From Acanthaster planci (Eukaryota), in NCBI RefSeq assembly GCF_001949145.1, contig NW_019091361.1, forward strand, positions 3,768,148 through 3,832,147: DNA of 64,000 nt, in the 5' to 3' direction. A program made the translations under genes and the position numbers. This document shows, piece after piece, positions 63,531 through 64,000 of this stretch. The notes below the pieces were generated by a model, which saw only the letters and a program-made list of their open reading frames with translations, did not search any database and had not been told where the DNA came from. Positions within the stretch are counted from its first letter, which is position 1. Each line of letters begins with the position of its first letter.

Positions 63531-64000
63531 GAGGTGAGAGTGTTCAGCCATCGGATCAATGCTTGCGTAATACGTATTTTAAAAGAACGGTGCAGTTAAC
63601 TTTTCTAAGAATCATTTTTGTGCACGTTTAAACTCTTCTTCGGTGTATGAACGCTGCAATCTCTTGGGGGTTCAGTGAACTATAAACACTCAAAATTGAC
63701 CAAGCTTTTCCAGACAAGTGAGGGCGCTGTGATGTAAATCCAGGAAGACACTGTTGAGTTTGTACATGTGTGATTTCATGTTCACATTTTGAATCCCAAA
63801 TTAGCTCTATGAAACAATTCTCAGAAAAAGTTGATCACTGGCCTTTTGCAATTATGCATTGTACAACAATACTTGCCAAAGGAAATTGAAATGTTCTGTA
63901 GGGAAGTATAAAAAAATCTATCAATGTTCTGTGCACAAATCAATGCAACATTACGTTTCAGCGTCTTGGATTACATCACAGTTTTGCTCATGAATATCCA

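Overview
Eukaryotic, intron-rich animal genomic DNA. A marine invertebrate deuterostome such as an echinoderm is a tentative guess from gene style only. Most ORFs in the track are exon fragments or noise. Manual splice reconstruction gives four genes or gene remnants. (1) 2021-14111 (+): a 14-exon adhesion GPCR of about 1,100 aa, lacking only its first (signal peptide) exon. Its extracellular N-terminus is a bacterial-type zinc metallopeptidase-like domain with an intact catalytic motif set (HEFAH...Y-x6-EYFAE, as in anthrax lethal factor/PPEP-1). This is followed by a mucin stalk, HRM, GAIN/GPS (HL|TNFAIL) and 7TM. A protease-bearing adhesion receptor is the standout candidate for an undescribed system. 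(2) 17148-25793 (+): a 5'-truncated dimethylglycine dehydrogenase (DMGDH) pseudogene with a premature TAA and a dead splice donor. (3) 29010-30755 (-): a 4-exon gene, not assembled in the ORF track, for a small secreted Lys/Cys-rich DUF4773-like protein. (4) 37650-63530 (+): an intact 16-exon, 871-aa DMGDH-like gene. Its introns hold an LTR element with a TTAG target-site duplication and a decayed DIRS/Ngaro-type retrotransposon. A diverged non-coding duplication (14340-16805 vs 27122-28668) suggests an old tandem duplication followed by a large deletion. Several MITE-like hairpins, minisatellites and three N gaps are also present. All family assignments come from motif recognition; no database searches were run.
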